Of a stretch of 24,000 nt of DNA, positions 22,705-24,000 are shown one piece after another. A program made the translations under genes and the position numbers. The notes beneath the pieces were generated by a model. That model searched no databases and was not told where the DNA came from. It saw only the letters and a list, made by a program, of their open reading frames with translations. The stretch lies in contig JAFIGH010000035.1 in the NCBI GenBank assembly GCA_020831525.1, positions 1 through 24,000 of the forward strand, in the 5' to 3' direction. Within the stretch, counting starts at the first letter, position 1; each line of letters starts with the position of its first letter. The DNA is from Opitutales bacterium (GTDB lineage Bacteria > Verrucomicrobiota > Verrucomicrobiia > Opitutales > Oceanipulchritudinaceae).

Positions 22705-24000
22705 GATTTTTTGTTCGCGTAGCGGACGGATTTGCCCCGCAGGTCGAAGCGCACGGGGCAGCCGCCCAAGTTGAATTCCTTGGTGAATCCGCTCTGCAAA
22801 TAGCGGCGGTAGCCGTCGTCGAGCTTCGTTGCCCGGTTGCAAAAAAGGCGGAAGGTAAAAGGGCGCGTGCGTGTCTGCACGGCGTAATAGACGCGGAAGC
22901 GCTTGCCCTTGACAAGCCGCGGGGTGCGGCGGGTGAAGAGCCGTTCGACGAGTTGGTTCACCTGCGGGGTCGGCAGCGTGCGCCCCGAGATCTCCTGAAA
23001 GCGTCGCGCCGTCTGCAAGAGCCGCCCGATAGCGTGGCCCGTCTTGGCGGAAGTGAAGACCACAGGACACTCCGGGTAGAAAAACAGCTCGGCGCGGACG
23101 GAGTCAGCGAAAGCCGCGCGGAATTCTTCGATGGAATCGTATCCGGACACCGGTTCGTCGCGCCAGCGCGCGACGGCCTCGTCCCACTTGTTCACGACGA
23201 CGGCAAGGCACCGGCCCGACTCCGCCACCTCGCCCGCGATCGCCTTGTCCAAGCGCGTCACGCCGGAGAGCGCCTCGATGACGAGGAAGACGATGTCGGC
23301 ATCGCCGATGGCATCGTGCGTTCGCAAGCCGGAGAAATACTCCACCGAAGTGTCGAGGCGACCGCGCTTCCGCAGACCGGCGGTGTCGACAAGGAGAAAC
23401 GGCCATACCGAACCGTCGCGCCCGGTGTAGTCGAGGTTCAGTTCCACGGAGTCGCGCGTCGTGCCCGGAACCTCGCTCACGACGAGGCGTTCCTGCCGCA
23501 GGAGAGCGTTACACAGGCTCGATTTGCCGACATTGGGCCGTCCGGCAAAGGCGATTTTGAAACGATCGGGCGGAGCGTCGTCCTCTTTCGGCGGCGGCCC
23601 CAGGCGATCCAGAATCGCCTCACGAAGCCCGCTCTCGTTGTATCCGTGCTCCGCCGACACCGGCACGCCTTCGCCGAGCCCGAGACGCGCAAACGCGACG
23701 GTCCGCTCCCCGAGAAAATCATTGTCGGCCTTGTTGACGACGAGCAGGACCTCCCGGCCGGAGGCACGCAACCGGGCCGCGATCTCCTCATCAAGCGGCA
23801 TAAGGCCCTCGCGCACGTCCACGACCATGCAAATCAAAGCGGCGGTTTCGAGGGCGAACCACACCTGTTCCTCGGCAGCCGCGACCAACTCGCGCAGCTT
23901 CATATCGGCGACCAATCCTATACCCCCGGTGTCGAGCAGCGTGAAGCCCCCCTCCCGCACATCGACGGCGTTGACATCGCGCGTCACGCCGGGCTGGTCG
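22701..24000 (-). CDS. der: Ribosome-biogenesis GTPase Der/EngA (5' end beyond the window)
   Basis: The first GTPase domain shows DTGG and NKAD. The second shows GRPNVGKSSL, DTAG and NKWD. A KH-like C-terminus is present (FRVYYAVQTRTRPFTFRLFCN). The reading frame stays open to the window edge, and the expected N-terminal G1 motif is missing. Confidence 0.93.
   Translation of the reverse strand, partial: DQPGVTRDVNAVDVREGGFTLLDTGGIGLVADMKLRELVAAAEEQVWFALETAALICMVVDVREGLMPLDEEIAARLRASGREVLLVVNKADNDFLGERTVAFARLGLGEGVPVSAEHGYNESGLREAILDRLGPPPKEDDAPPDRFKIAFAGRPNVGKSSLCNALLRQERLVVSEVPGTTRDSVELNLDYTGRDGSVWPFLLVDTAGLRKRGRLDTSVEYFSGLRTHDAIGDADIVFLVIEALSGVTRLDKAIAGEVAESGRCLAVVVNKWDEAVARWRDEPVSGYDSIEEFRAAFADSVRAELFFYPECPVVFTSAKTGHAIGRLLQTARRFQEISGRTLPTPQVNQLVERLFTRRTPRLVKGKRFRVYYAVQTRTRPFTFRLFCNRATKLDDGYRRYLQSGFTKEFNLGGCPVRFDLRGKSVRYANKKS

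Noticed and set aside
22705-23070. Extension of ORF 21790..23070 upstream of ATG 22704
   Set aside because: It lies inside der in another frame and is Arg/Ala/Pro-rich. The ATG at 22704 forms an ATGA junction with the der stop.
1-24000. Scan for CRISPR arrays, rRNA, integrases, reverse transcriptases, restriction-modification genes or other defence gene clusters
   Set aside because: I saw no regularly spaced direct repeats, no rRNA-like sequence, and no ORF with motifs of these families. The only accessory-type genes are vapBC and the Y1 HUH gene.

Overview
High-G+C bacterial chromosomal segment, about 62-68% G+C from hand counts of a few lines. Several features suggest a PVC/Verrucomicrobiota-like genome, but this is a low-confidence guess: a pilin-like helix, an NxxGxxAF repeat protein and a COG1943-type Y1 transposase-like gene. 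The window is mostly housekeeping. Its core is a complete Bacillus-type caa3 cytochrome c oxidase cluster on the minus strand (ctaA-ctaB-ctaC-ctaD-ctaE-ctaF-ctaG, 11069 down to 3721). It faces a divergent plus-strand pair: an SCO copper chaperone and an overlapping Tat-exported His-rich protein. Other genes are tRNA-Val(GAC) with a terminator, a lower-G+C vapBC toxin-antitoxin pair next to it, a PhyH-family dioxygenase, and a secreted protein ending in a pilin-like helix. There is also a secreted NxxGxxAF-repeat protein, a stand-alone cNMP-binding protein, uvrC, a solitary astB, a Y1 HUH transposase-like gene abutting iaaA, fmt, an unassigned gene between der and fmt, and a 5'-truncated der. 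I found no rRNA, CRISPR array, integrase, reverse transcriptase or recognisable defence island, and no convincing new multi-gene system. The best leads are: (1) GTAG-headed palindromic REP/BIME-like repeats in the two large gaps of the cta operon, in a window that also encodes a Y1 HUH protein; (2) a 44-bp near-perfect palindrome in the only AT-rich stretch, just upstream of that Y1 gene; (3) the SCO plus His-rich protein pair as a possible copper-delivery module; (4) astB next to an isoaspartyl peptidase. All functional calls rest on motifs I recognise by eye. No database search was run.
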